Below, in pieces: positions 1 to 14,433 of a stretch of DNA of 64,000 nucleotides. The translations under genes were made by a program, and so were the position numbers. The notes under the pieces are model-generated. The model was not told the DNA's origin, searched no databases, and worked only from the letters and a program-made list of their open reading frames with translations. The stretch lies in NCBI RefSeq assembly GCF_009914755.1, contig NC_060928.1; one strand, 5' to 3'. Numbering within the stretch: position 1 is the first letter of the stretch; every line of letters begins with the position of its first letter. This DNA is from the human T2T-CHM13v2.0 reference genome, Homo sapiens.

Positions 1-284
1 TTAATTATTAACAATGGGTTTTAAAATCATTAATTGCTAATAAAACAGCAACGATAATTTGTTTTTGTCACATAGACCTTACCTCATAAAAAGAAAAGAA
101 TTTTACAACCTAGAGACTTGGTCTAGTACCAGAACCTGGGGCTACTCCAAGATAAAGATATTGTTCATTTACTTATTCATCCATATGGGCATTGTTTGTC
201 TTTCCACTGTAAATTCTCAAACATTTTCTGAGCAGCCCCTGTGCTGGGAAGAGGTAGAATTTCCAAGGTCAGTCCCTGCGGTCA

Positions 285-490
285 AGAAGACTTAAGTTTA
301 TATCCTGACTCTTGTTATTTATTTACTGGCTATGTGAACTTGGGCAAGTTTTCTAACTCTGAAGTCTCAAATTTCCTCACTGGCAAAATAGGCATAGTAT
401 ATAGCACCTGCTTGATAGTTTATATACAAATAGTGTCTATCAAGCTCTTAACGGCGTCTGCATGCCGATACTCAATCCATGTTATGATGT
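285..490 (+). mobile_element. MIR SINE
   Basis: Core-like ...ctatgtgaacttgggcaagttttctaactctgaagtctcaaatttcctcactggcaaaatagg. Confidence 0.65.
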
Positions 491-1192
491 TATTACTACG
501 TCCCGGGATATAAAGATGGATAGGTCTGTGCCCTGTGCTGGACAGCAGGGGTTATATAGTAACTGCATATCATCTGGTCCTTCTCAAGCGTCCACTAAAG
601 GTTTGAGGGTTTTCCCGACTTGTATATTATTCAGGGTCCCTGGGATTCTAGCCCATTTCCCTTCATCGTTCTGAAATCCACACATACACTCCTCATCATC
701 CAATCTTCATTTCTACCCCTATATAAGGGATAAGAACTGCTGGATAAGAACTAGAACAGTTCAACAATTACAGGAGAAACATAAGCCACATAACCAAGTC
801 ACCTGTGCCATAATAACTGATGAATTCTTGGTGGGGTAAGACGAGTTGAATATAGTAACGGCGGGTTTCTGTTAAAGCTAGCATCAGTCCATAACCTTGA
901 GAACTCGGACTTCCAAGGGTGGCCTCTCTTTGCTTTGTCAGCATGAATCAGTAGCCTCAGCTGCAGAAAAGATTCAGAACATGCAGATGGCTTCACTACC
1001 CCAGTGCTGTCCTGATCTCTCCTGACACAAGCTAAGTGTCAGAGGTCTTGGCCTTGATTGCCTTTTAACAACTGGCCTCTGGATTGAACATGCTTCATCT
1101 GTATCATCAAGGTTGGCCGCCTGTTACTTTCCTGGTGATTGTGATGATTTATTTTATTTTGCAAAAATGATTTATTTTCTTGGTCTCCCCTC

Positions 1193-2017
1193 CTTTGAAG
1201 AAACTTAGCTAACTTGTCTTGTCTCTTTGCCCTCTGCCCCGGACTCTACAGTAAGTCTCATTTCAGAACACTGCCCCTCCTTCCCATGGGTAATGGGGTT
1301 TCTGCAAAGGAAGCCTCTTTGAACCTTTTGGGCTGCTGAATCGTGTCAGCCTGGAGACAAGAAGTTTGTTATGCTCATTGTGTCAGCTGCAGACATAATT
1401 CATGAAACCATCCCAGACACAGGATGTCACCAAGTGATGCTTCAATTTTACAGTCTCCCAGAGCTCCTGTTGGCAAACAGTGTTGGATGAAAGCTGGGAG
1501 GTTTTCAAAGGCCATGGGCCTCCTTTTCCTGCCCCTTGGTTCCCCTTTACTTTGCCTCCTCCATCTTTGCCTTTCTGTATGGGTCATGCTGTGTGCCCCT
1601 AAGATTTTTAAAGCCAATTAGCAGGTTAGAGACTGTCGAGGCATATTGACCTGTGAGATCACAGTATTTACTGTCACCGTAATTTCTCATAATATTGAAG
1701 CTTATACTGGCCCTCTCCATGGCTTTGTTCAAAGCCTGGTGGGGAGAAGGCTGTTTAGATACTGTAATCAGAATTCTTGAGCTGAACCGTTTTTTAATTA
1801 CAGCTTTGATAGGGAGCTGTGCAGTTTGGGAAAGGAGTCCAGCTGGGAGTTAGCATCTCTTTGATCACAAGGCTGAACGATTCACTTTGATCACGGAGAC
1901 AACAGTTCATAAAAGAGCCTGGTCTCTTTCTGAAATTTGCAGGTAAACAGAGGGATCACTTGAATGATCCCTCTGTGGAATGAGCAATTCAGATCCAAGA
2001 CAATGGTCTTCTTTGAA
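1193..2017. promoter_or_regulatory. Candidate enhancer: cluster of TCF/LEF motifs
   Basis: Eight CTTTGA[A/T] matches on both strands in apparently non-repetitive sequence. Confidence 0.45.
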
Positions 2018-2938
2018 CTGGATTTAGAGGCCTATTGATTAGCATAGCAAAGGGGATTGATGGGTGAAAAAAGGTGGCTTTAGTCCCTAGACAGGTGCAT
2101 CAAGAGGTCACTGGCTAGGTACTCTGTGGTTGGGCTCCCAGGTTTGGGATGAATCCCTCTTTCGGGACTGCATGTTGTTCAGGTAAATCTGTATACAAAT
2201 AAACATTGCAGGTAACCTCAGAGGGAAAACCTTGATCTAAAGAAGGTGGTTCTAACAATAGGAAGCTAGCAGGCTTTGGAGTCAGGGAACCCCGAGATAA
2301 GATCCTTACCTCTCCATTTGTTTTTTTAATATGCAGGAAGAGGATCTAGATGCCTAAGCCCTTCTGTGCCTAAAGTCTTTTATCTGTACAAATTGGACAT
2401 ATTTAGGTTGGTGCAAAAGTCGTTGGGCTTCAAGGGTTATTTTAAAGGTTTAATGATGTGCATTTTGAGAAAGAAGGCCTGCTAGGTGCCAGACATGTTG
2501 GGAAAGAAAAAAATACCAAGGTGTCCTAAAACTACTGAAAAATTGTCCTGCCTAGGCTACTGAAAGGAAGCTATACTGGATTTTCCTGAGCAAATTGTTT
2601 TAAAGTGCTATTTGATTTATATTCTAATGGGATTTGTTTGAACATTTTGTATATAAGAAGTTCCATTTGGCTAAATTATAGTGCTTGAGTTTTGGGGGGT
2701 TATGGGGGTACTGCCACATGCCACATGGGGGAACCATATAACCACAGTTGCTGAGTTTTAGGAATATTAGTTGGGCAGGGATTATTTAGAATTTAGTTGT
2801 GAATGTGACGTGTGTGATTTGGTTGGTTCCTCTTGTATTACCCCATATCACTGATCACTTGCCATCTGGTTGGGACATACAGATAAATCACCAAGATCTG
2901 ACAGTCACTGCAAAAAGACATTGGCCCTGAATAAATAA

Positions 2939-3508
<570 letters not shown>

Positions 3509-3633
3509 AATTCCTGCTATGTCTTAATCAAGGGATGCCGGGAAAGTGAGGTATGGGACCTCCTAGTCATTAAAAAGACCAGGTCGGCAACACTACTTCA
3601 TGCCATTTTAATGAGCCATTGTTGAACACCTAC

Positions 3634-4335
<702 letters not shown>

Positions 4336-4585
4336 AGCACCTGGTCTCCATCCCCATCCCTAGGAATCCTTTTCTCTGTTTCCTAGTAACTCTGTGCCTC
4401 AGTGTCTTCATCTGTGAAATGGCATCGATAGAAATATTTTAAGGAATACATGAGTTGAGCTCACGAAGCAGTACCTGACACAGAGTAAACGTTCAGTAGG
4501 TATTAGCTATTATGGTGGCAATCATTTCAACTTTCTGACAAGTGCCCTTGAAATTTCCTTTTCGTCTCCCTACACCAGGATTGTT

Positions 4586-4870
4586 TTCTTTTTTCTGTCT
4601 TTTTCTTTTGAGACAGAGTCTTACTCTGTTACTCAGGCTGGAGTGCAGTACCACCTTTGCCTCCCAGGTTCAAGCGATTCTCCCGCCTCAGCCTCCCGAG
4701 TAGCTGGGATTACAGGCACCCGCCCCCATGCCCAGCTAATTTTTGTAGTTTTAGTAGAGACAGGGTTTTGCCATGTTGGCCAGGCTGGTCTCGAACTCCT
4801 GACCTCAGGTGATCTAGCTGACTTGGCCTCCCAAAGTGCTGGAATTACAGTTGTGAGCCTCTGTGCCCGG
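4586..4870 (-). mobile_element. AluS with small internal deletion
   Basis: Alu consensus; 19-bp TSD tccctacaccaggattgtt (4567-4585 / 4871-4889); ~20 bp missing after gagtgcagt. Confidence 0.92.
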
Positions 4871-5648
4871 TCCCTACACCAGGATTGTTAAAGTGTGATC
4901 AGGTGACCACCAGCATGAAAATTCTCAATGGTGGGATGAATCTGAGATGGCCTCAGGTCTAAGAAGCCCAGCCCTGGGGTGGGTGCGGCAGTTTCTTAAG
5001 ACAACAACCTCCTGAGAACAGGGACTATGTCTGAGACATCCGTGAATCCTGGACCTCTCCCACTTGGGGCTTGGAGCCCGTGTTCATCCAGTGCTTACTG
5101 CACCAGCTGACAGCTGGACGTTTTAGATGGGAGAGGAGGGAGACATCATCCAGGGTACGGTATGATGAAACAAAATACAAGGTACAAATGACGTTTTGGA
5201 CATTTCCTAAATGAAGAAGCTGAGGAGGAGAGTGCTGTCAGCTTGACCAATTTATAGTTTTGAATTTGTGCCCAGAAGCTGTTTTCAGAGAGGATATTTT
5301 TAGAAATATGAAAATAAATACAATTAAATTAGAGAGATATGTCAAGTATTTTTTTTCTTGTTTTAAGACTGTCCTCTGACCATTACAGCTTAGGTAGTGA
5401 CAACTCTTTGAATAACAGTGCCGTATTTTCTAATTAAACAATCAAGGCTCTCCAGTCATTACATTAACGAAGATAAGGGTCAAAAGGCTAGAACCTAGCA
5501 GGAAAGGAATTTTAAATGGACAGAAATGGCAATAAAAATGGAAAAATTTTTTCTGACTTTTTTCTGTATTTTATTAACACTTTGTGGCCTGAATATATTT
5601 AAATAGCTCCTTGCCACTTAATGTAAAAGTCAGCCTTTGGAGATGAGA

Positions 5649-5650
<2 letters not shown>

Positions 5651-5684
<34 letters not shown>
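5651..5684. repeat. (CA)n microsatellite
   Basis: Uninterrupted AC run of ~17 units. Confidence 0.97.
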
Positions 5685-5685
<1 letters not shown>

Positions 5686-5686
<1 letters not shown>

Positions 5687-5880
5687 TAGAATCAGGCAGA
5701 CCTAGGGTTGCACCCTGGCTTACTAGCTGTATGGCCTCAAGAAGGTTCCTTAACCTCTCAGAATCTCAGTTTGCTCTACTGCAGAATGGGGAGATTTAAT
5801 ACCAACACCATAGTTTGGCTGTGGGAATTAAATTAAATAATACATATAAAATGAATATGCATTTGACCCATCATAGTCAA
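5686..5880 (+). mobile_element. MIR SINE
   Basis: tttagaatcaggcagacctaggg...tactagctgtatggcctcaagaaggttccttaacctctcagaatctcagttt. Confidence 0.75.
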
Positions 5881-5912
5881 GAGGTAGGGAATGTTGCTTA
5901 AATTATTTTTTT

Positions 5913-6228
5913 TCCTGTGTCCATGTGTTCTCATTGTTCAGTTCCCACCTATGAGTGAGAACATGCAGTGTTTGGTTTTTTGTCCTTGTGATAGTTTGCT
6001 GAGAATGATGGTTTCCAGCTTCATCCATGTCCGTACAAAGGACGTGAACTCATCATTTTTTATGGCTGCATAGTATTCCATGGTGTATATGTGCCACATT
6101 TTCTTAATCCAGTCTATCATTGTTGGACATGGGTGCAGCACACCAACGTGGCACATGTATACTTATGTAACAAACCTGCACGTTGTGCACATGTACCCTA
6201 AAACTTAAAGTATAATAATAATTTTAAA
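5913..6228 (+). mobile_element. Short L1PA 3' fragment with 5' inversion (twin priming)
   Basis: Antisense L1 3' sequence 5913-6130 joined to sense terminal piece 6129-6220 (gggtgcagcacacc...aaacttaaagtataataat); TSD aaattattttttt on both sides. Confidence 0.88.
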
Positions 6229-6589
6229 AAATTATTTTTTTCTCAACCAAATCAAATGTGGCTCAACTGGCAGATACTAGAGTTGGCTAAAAAAAACAAA
6301 AAAAATTCTAACTTCTTAGTGACTCCTTCTTAGGGTTGTTACAAGAGTTGGAAGATATTTATAGGGGTTTCCAAGGCTGAGGACACCATTCTGAGGTTTT
6401 GCCTTGCCTAGGACCACATGGTGCAGAGACCTGCTGGTAGCATCTGCTTCCCTCTTTTGGGTACACTTAGCCACACTGCTATTTGCCTCAGCTCCCAAAG
6501 ATCTGGAAATAACAGCAAAATCTCAGGCAACTATGCAGGTCAGGTCAATCTGAGATTTAGATACTATTAATGACAACATCTGGAATTTG

Positions 6590-8951
6590 CAGGCATACTT
6601 TATAGATATTGCACGTTCAGTTTGTCTCAAACTACAATAACATGAATATCATAATAAAGTAAGTCATACAAATGTTTTATTTCCCAGTGCATATAAAAGT
6701 CATGTTTCCACTATACTGTAGTCTACTGAGTGTGAGACAGCAGTATGTTAACAGAAACAATGTACATACCTTAATTTTAAAATACTTAATAGCTAAAAAA
6801 AAATGCTGTCTTCTTCAGTGAGTCATAATCTTTTTGCTGATAGAGGATCTTGCCTCAGTGTTGGTGACTGCTGACTGATCTTAGTGGTGATTGTTAAAGG
6901 CTGGGGTAGCTGTGACAATTTCTTAAGACAACAATGATGTTTGCCACATCGATTGACTCTTCCTTTCACAAAAGATTTCTATGTAGCATATGAGACTGTT
7001 TGATAGCATTTTACCCACAATATAACTTCTTTCACAATTGGAGACAATCCTTTCAAATCTTGCTGCTGCTTTCTCAAGTAAGTTCATCTCATATTGTAAA
7101 TCATTTGTTGTCATTTTAACAATGTTCACAGCGCCTTCACCAGTAGTACATTCCATTGTAGGGAACCACTGTCTTTGCTCATCCATAAGAAGCAACTCCT
7201 CATCTGTGAAAGTTTTATCACGAGATCACAGAAATTCAGCACACCTTCAGGCTCCGCTTCTCATTCTAGTTCTCGTGCTATTTTCACCACATCTGTAGTG
7301 ATTTCCTCCAAGAAGTCTTGAACTCCTCAAAGTCATCCATGAGGATTGGAATAAACTTCTTCCAAATTCCTGTTAATGTTGTTATTTTGACTCTTCCCAT
7401 GAATCAAAAATGTTCTTAATGATGTTTAAAATGATGAATCCTTTCCAGAAGGTTTTCAATTGACCTTGCCAAGATCCAGCAAAGGGATCACAATCTATGG
7501 CAGCTACAGCCTTACCAAAAGTATTTCCTAAGTAATAAGACTTGAAAGTTAAGATTACTCATTGATCCATGAGCTGCAGAATGGATGCTGTGTTAGCAGG
7601 CATGAAAACAACATTAATTTTCTTGTACATCTCCATCAGGGCTCTTGGGTAATGAGGCACATTGTCAATGAGTAGTAATATTTTGAAAGGAACCTATTTT
7701 TCTGAGCAGTAGGTCTCAGTAGTGGGCTTAAAATATTCAATTAACCATGATGTAAATGGATGTGCTGTCATCCAGGGTTTGTTGTTCCATTTCTGGAGCA
7801 TAGGCAGAGTAGATTTAGCATCATTCTTAAGGTTGCTAGGATTTTCAGAATGGTAAATGAGCATTGGCTTCAACTTAAAGTCACCAGCTGTATCAGCCCC
7901 TAACAAGAGCGTCAACCTGTCCTTTGAAACTTTGAAGCCAGACATTGACTTCTTTCTTACTGTGAAAGACCTATATGGCATCTTCTTCCAATAGAAGGCT
8001 GTTTCACCTAGATTGAAAATATGTTGCTTAGTGTAGCTGACTTTATCAATGATCTTAGCTAGGATAACTTGCTACAACCTCTCCATCAGCACTTGCTGCT
8101 TCACCTTGCACTTTTATGTTATGAAGACGGCTTATTTTCTTAAACCTCATGATCCTCCTTCTGCAGGCTTCCAACTTTTCTTCAGCTTCCTCACTTCTCT
8201 CAGTCTTCATGGAATTGAAGAGAATTAGGGGTTCTGGATTACACTTTAACTTCAGGAAATGTTGTAGCTGGTTTGATCTTCTATCCAGACCCTTAATACT
8301 TTTTCCATATCAATATTAAGACTCTTTTGCTTTATTAGTCATGGGTTCACTGGAGTAACACTTTTAATTTCCTTCAAGAACTTTTGCTTTGCATTCACAA
8401 CTTGGCTAATGGTTTGGCACAGGAGGTCTCGCTTTTGGTCTTTCTTAGCTTTTGACATGCCTTCCTCACTGAGCTAATCATTTCCAGGTTTTGCTTTAAA
8501 GGGAGACATGTACGATTCTTCCTTTTACTTGAACACTTAAGAACCACTGAGATATTATTAATTGGCCTAACATCAATATTGTTGTGTATTAGAGAATAGG
8601 GAGGCCCCAGGAGAAGGAGAGAGACAAGGGAATGGCCAGTCCATGGATTAGTCAAAAAACACAAAATATTTATCAATTAAATTTGCTGTCTTATATGAGC
8701 ACAGTTTCTGGTGACCTCAAACAATTACAATAGTAATATTAAAGGTCACTGATTACAGATCACCATACCAGAGATAATAATGAAGTTTGAAATATTGTGA
8801 AAATTAGCAAAATGTGATATAGAGACACTAACTGAGCACATGCTGTTGGAAAAATGATGTCAACAGATTTGTTCAATGCAGGGTTGTCCCAAACCTTCAA
8901 TTAGTAAAAAAAAATACACTAAAGCTGCAAAGCACAATAAAGGTATGCCTG
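6590..8951 (-). mobile_element. Tigger1 DNA transposon, near full length, decayed transposase
   Basis: TIR ends caggcatac... / ...ggtatgcctg followed by TA; minus-strand ORF remnants [29 protein letters not shown] (7694-7981) and MDEQRQWF...[15 protein letters not shown] (6923-7195). Confidence 0.93.
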
Positions 8952-9368
8952 TATTAAACATACTTCAGTACAAAAGAGTGATGGTGTGTTTGTGTGTGTG
9001 TAGTTCAGCTATCATCCACATGCTACACACATTCTAATGAGGAGAGCACAATTCCAATGTGCTTCATTAACACCAAACAGGAAGCCCACATTCTGAAGGA
9101 CACAGGACAAAGGTGAAGCAGACATTCATATTTGCTATCCATATTGGATCAATAACTCAGGCTTTCTTGAATAACCTAGTGAATGTCTGAAATAGTTTTT
9201 CAGTGATGAAATTGGCCTGTTAACTAGGATGATGCCAATTAGAAATGGACCCTCTGTGGATAGTGACATTAAAGGTATATGGCTGACTAGAATATTTTGG
9301 AGTCACTTTCCACAATGGCATGATTCCTGCAAGGCCTCAGGCCTGTGCTCCCAGCCATGATGCCCTAG

Positions 9369-9836
<468 letters not shown>

Positions 9837-9964
9837 TAGCTCAGATCTTCCTCCTCAGGGAACAATCATGCTTCTGACTATTTCATTGTTCTGCCTTTGC
9901 ATGCACAGCTCATGGGTATGGAATGTGTTAGACATGAGCATGTCAAGCATACAACTATTATTCT

Positions 9965-10729
9965 TGAAACGGGAGAGTTCCCTGAACCGCTCTCAGGACT
10001 TGTGACAGGAGTGTGGCTCATTTACTCAGCCACTGTGCACTCAAATCCCTTACGGGAAGGGGAGCATGCAGACAGGCAGGTGCAGGAGCCAAGGCAAGTG
10101 CTTTTGGGCTCTGGCCCCATGGTAGCATCTAGGAGTGTGTTACAATTAATGCCCTTTTAGCAGTTGCCATCTGTGGAGGGCTGAATGTTAAACCAGCTCA
10201 GTGGAAGGTCAGGGTGACAGCTTTTTACACTCGCCCTCTTGGTACCTGGGTCCTTGTCCAGCATCCAGGAAGAACCAGGTCACATGGACTTGAAGGATGG
10301 TGAATTTGGGGATTTTATTGAGTGATGAAGGTGACTCTCAGTGGGATGGGGAGCTGGAGAGGAGATGGAGTGGGAAGATGATCTTCCCCTGGAGTTCAGC
10401 CATCCTGCGGCTGATCTCTCCAATTGCCCCCAACTAAACTCCTCTCCATGTTCAGATTCTTCTGTTCTCTCCTTCTTTGCCATGTTGCTCTGCCATTCTG
10501 CCACTCTGCTGCTCTTCTGCTCTTCTGTTCCTCTGCTCATCTATTCTTGAGCCTGGGATTTATATGGGTACAGGATAGTGGGGTGTGGCAGCCCAAAAGG
10601 AAACACTTGGGCACAAAAACAGGAAGGCCTGTTCCATTTAGGGCTTCAGGTCTCTAGGCTTGAGGGTGGTGCCTTTGCCAGGGAACCACCCTCTTCTATC
10701 CAGTGTTTCCCTGCCTCCTGTCCCTATCA
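9965..10729 (-). mobile_element. LTR1-family (ERV1) solo LTR
   Basis: tgaaacgggagagttccc...gcatgcagacaggcagg...ttttattgagtg...ctgcctcctgtccctatca; TG...CA ends, near-matching 4-bp TSD ttct/ctct. Confidence 0.75.
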
Positions 10730-11235
10730 CTCTCACCTCCTTTGCCTCCTGTTGCTGGACTAACAGGTGGAGCGACTACTGGGTCTCTCTGTGTTCTTTC
10801 TCCATGGGTCTCCTTAGCTGCTGAGTAGTGTGGAGAGTTTGCTGTTCATCCCAACCGTAAGTTATGGCAGGACTGCCTCCTGTTGGCCCAGGCCATGGGG
10901 TATGGGCTCTGGTTCAACCTTTGATGTGCCCCTGTACTCTGTGAGTTCAGGGCTCATTTTTGACTCAGAATCTAGCTGGTCCATAACACTCCCTTCTTCC
11001 TCAGGATGAGATCTTTTTTCTTTGCTCATCCTACTCATTCTCTCACCTCCTCACACAGTCTGTAGGCAGGGGTTAGGAAGGATTTTTCATATGAGTTGAG
11101 TTCCTGGAAAAATACCCTTGGAGGCTCTACTTGTTTCTATTCTCTTTCTATTATCATCTATCCGTCTACCATCCACCTGTCCATAGTCATGGCAAACATT
11201 TACTGGACATCAATTGGATACCCCGTTTTTGCTAG

Positions 11236-11784
11236 TGAAAGGGAAGAATAATACTTTTTAAATTCAGCACTCATAGTTTCTCAGATTGAATGGACCCCTG
11301 CAACAAAAGACAGATGAACAAGAGAAAAACAGGCACAAATTAACATGGATATTTCATGTGTACATGAGAGACACCCAGGGAATGAGTAATTCTCCAAGAG
11401 GTAGCTTTGAATTCCAAGTCGTATAGCATCTTCAATTAAAAGAACAGTACATTTTTAGAGAAATGAGAAGACAAAGGAAAGGACTGTGAGTCTCTCAGGG
11501 CAGCAACTTGTAGGAAGGCAAATACATAGCAGAGAAAGGTGAGTTAGTAGAGCTTGTTCATATAGATTTCTTTGGTGCCATCTCCAGATGACAGGGTCTA
11601 AATTTATCTTCAGTGGCACTCTCTGATAGAAGGAGGGAAAGATACCTTTTGACTTTGTAAATCTGGGTCCTGCTTTTAGGTAAATAGAGGGAAGGTGGAG
11701 AGCTTTCCTGCATTTGCTTCTTCTTAATTGCCTTTACCTAAACAATGCTTCATCTTTGGGGATGGCATATTCTGATCCCCCATA
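11236..11784 (-). mobile_element. MER34/MER39-group ERV1 solo LTR
   Basis: aacaaaagacagatgaacaagagaaaa... and ...ttggggatggcatattctgatcccc terminus; TSD ctag on both sides. Confidence 0.7.
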
Positions 11785-12689
11785 CTAGTAAGACAGGATT
11801 CCTGCCCTTGACGAGCACTTTTAGTGGCTTGGGTTGGAGGGAGATATCTGTGGCTGAATAAATAGTTAAAATATTTTGTTTAAGAAATAAAAACAATTAA
11901 AACACAAAAGTTTAAAATATTCATACACATGTATAAATGTGGTAAGTGTAATTGGTGGAAGAGATATGCACAAGATATTATGGGCTCTCAGAGGAGAGTC
12001 CCTAACCTACCTGTAAGTGACCTGACCTTACTGTCTTGGGTACTGCATTAAAATTCCTGGACCCCAATGTAGTCAGAATCCTGCCTGAACTTGCTATTCC
12101 TTTTGGGCACCCTTCTGAGGAGACTCACCCCCTACCCCAGCCTGCCTGTGGAGCTCAGGGACAGCTGGGGTCAGCAGTGGGGCTTCTGGAGGCAGATGGT
12201 CTGACTTTGAAACCCAACTCCACTAGCTCCCTAGCTGTAGCACATCCAAAAACCATGTAACCTACTTTATTCCTTTTTCAGTTCTTTATCTGTGGAAGGG
12301 TGGTAATAATGGCCCCTATCTTACAGACATTGCCTTTAAGGCACCTTTCACTGGGTTTATCACCTTAGAAACTTTTTATCACATTTAGTTTTTGTTGATT
12401 ATTTGTATCACATCAATGCATCACCTCCTAGCCCAGCCTCCCAACCCCTCAGGCCATATTCCAGTTCCTGGGATTCCATCGAATTCTAGACCTCTTGCCC
12501 ACACACTTACTTCATGTCCCAGTCACTAAATTTCTCTGTTGGCAGATCAGAAAGGGGAGGATTTTTTACCCATTTGAAACTACTTTACTAAAAAAAAGTA
12601 AGTTTATTCCCAAAGTGCTCAATTAATAGAGTTAAAATAGATTTTAATTTATAAATATTTAACTCACAAGCAATTCTTTGTCCCATTCA

Positions 12690-12920
12690 TTCTTTGAACA
12701 AATTTTTTTTAATGAACACTTACTATGTAGTAGGTTCTGGGAAGATAGTGGTGACTCAGATACATGGTTCCAGACCTCAAAAAGCTGAGGATATTGCAGG
12801 GTATGCAGGTAAGTAAACCAACAGCACCGCTTACCAACAGCACCACTTAATTTCTTATGTGCCCCAAAGGGAAGTGGAAGGCATATGGGAATATGAGGAG
12901 GGGCTCCGGAGTCAAATAGG
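12690..12920 (-). mobile_element. L2 3' fragment
   Basis: cattcattctttgaacaaat...gaacacttactatgtagtaggttctgg...catggttccagacctc. Confidence 0.55.
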
Positions 12921-14039
12921 GGCACCTATAAATTGTACCACTAAAAAGCTCCTTCATAGTTATTTACTCAAATAGGATTGAGTCCTCCAGAGGTTCTGTA
13001 AACTTAAGTTAGGTTTAAATGTTCTGTTTCATTAACTTCAGGACAAGGTGTAGTTCTAGGTGATGTACACTGTAGGTGTTAAACAATTCATTGTTCTCAA
13101 AATGTGGCCACGTAAGTTTCATCCTATGGATAAGTATAACACAGTATTATTTTTAACCCTAAAGTTGAAATTAGCAGGAAAGAGTTTGAAATGGGACTGC
13201 CTAAAAATAATAAAAAAACCATTATTAAGACATCCTGACAACTGCAATTAAGGGTTCAAGGAAGAGTCTCCTTTCTATTGCCCTGGTTTGGAGAATCTGC
13301 AGAAGCCGCTAAAGCTTCAGAGAGGGGATGACTCAGAGGGACAAGTGCCCACAGGCATATGCCTGCTGCATTGGAACAGAAGGAGGAAATCCAAGTGTTC
13401 TAGCTGTGGTAATGGTTTTCCTGGATTTGAAAGCAGATATCAAGATATCTCAGGAGAGTGAGTGTGTTTTCTTTGAAGATAGATTAATCAATGTATCTAG
13501 TCCCTTGATTTCTTGAGGAAGGCTGTTTATGCTCCAAAGCCCCTTTCTCTGTGTTGGTGACTCAAATCTATGAGAGATTTACACTGATTTTTCTCCATGT
13601 ACAAAAGAGTTCGATTTCCTCGAGTGCCTATGGGATCTTCCATGTTTCAATTTGGAAAGTGCAATGAGCAGAGCTTCAGAAGAGAGTGTTTGCTTTCTGT
13701 GAAGCTCTCTCTCATTCACTTGGCTTAGACACTGCAGGGAGGGCTCCATGATCACAGACAAATCTTATGTGGCTGGAAATGCCAGTCTTTCTAATTAATG
13801 AGTATCACCAATTTCACCCCCTAGTTGGAGTGGGTCTGCAAATGACAGACACTGGACTGGTGGGAAGCATATGAACTGCAGAGACCTGTGCACAGTGCTG
13901 CCCCTGCCTCCAGCCATCTGTGTGGTTCTTGTCAAGTTCCTTAACCTCTCTGACTTTCTGTTTCTTTATCTGTGAAATACAGATCATGTTCGCTTTCTAT
14001 GGTTTATAGTAGGAATGAAATGTTAAGAAATGGAAGGCA

Positions 14040-14433
<394 letters not shown>

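Noticed and set aside
6923-7981. Transposase-like ORFs as a possible domesticated TIGD gene
   Set aside because: Fragmented remnants inside a TIR-bounded Tigger1.
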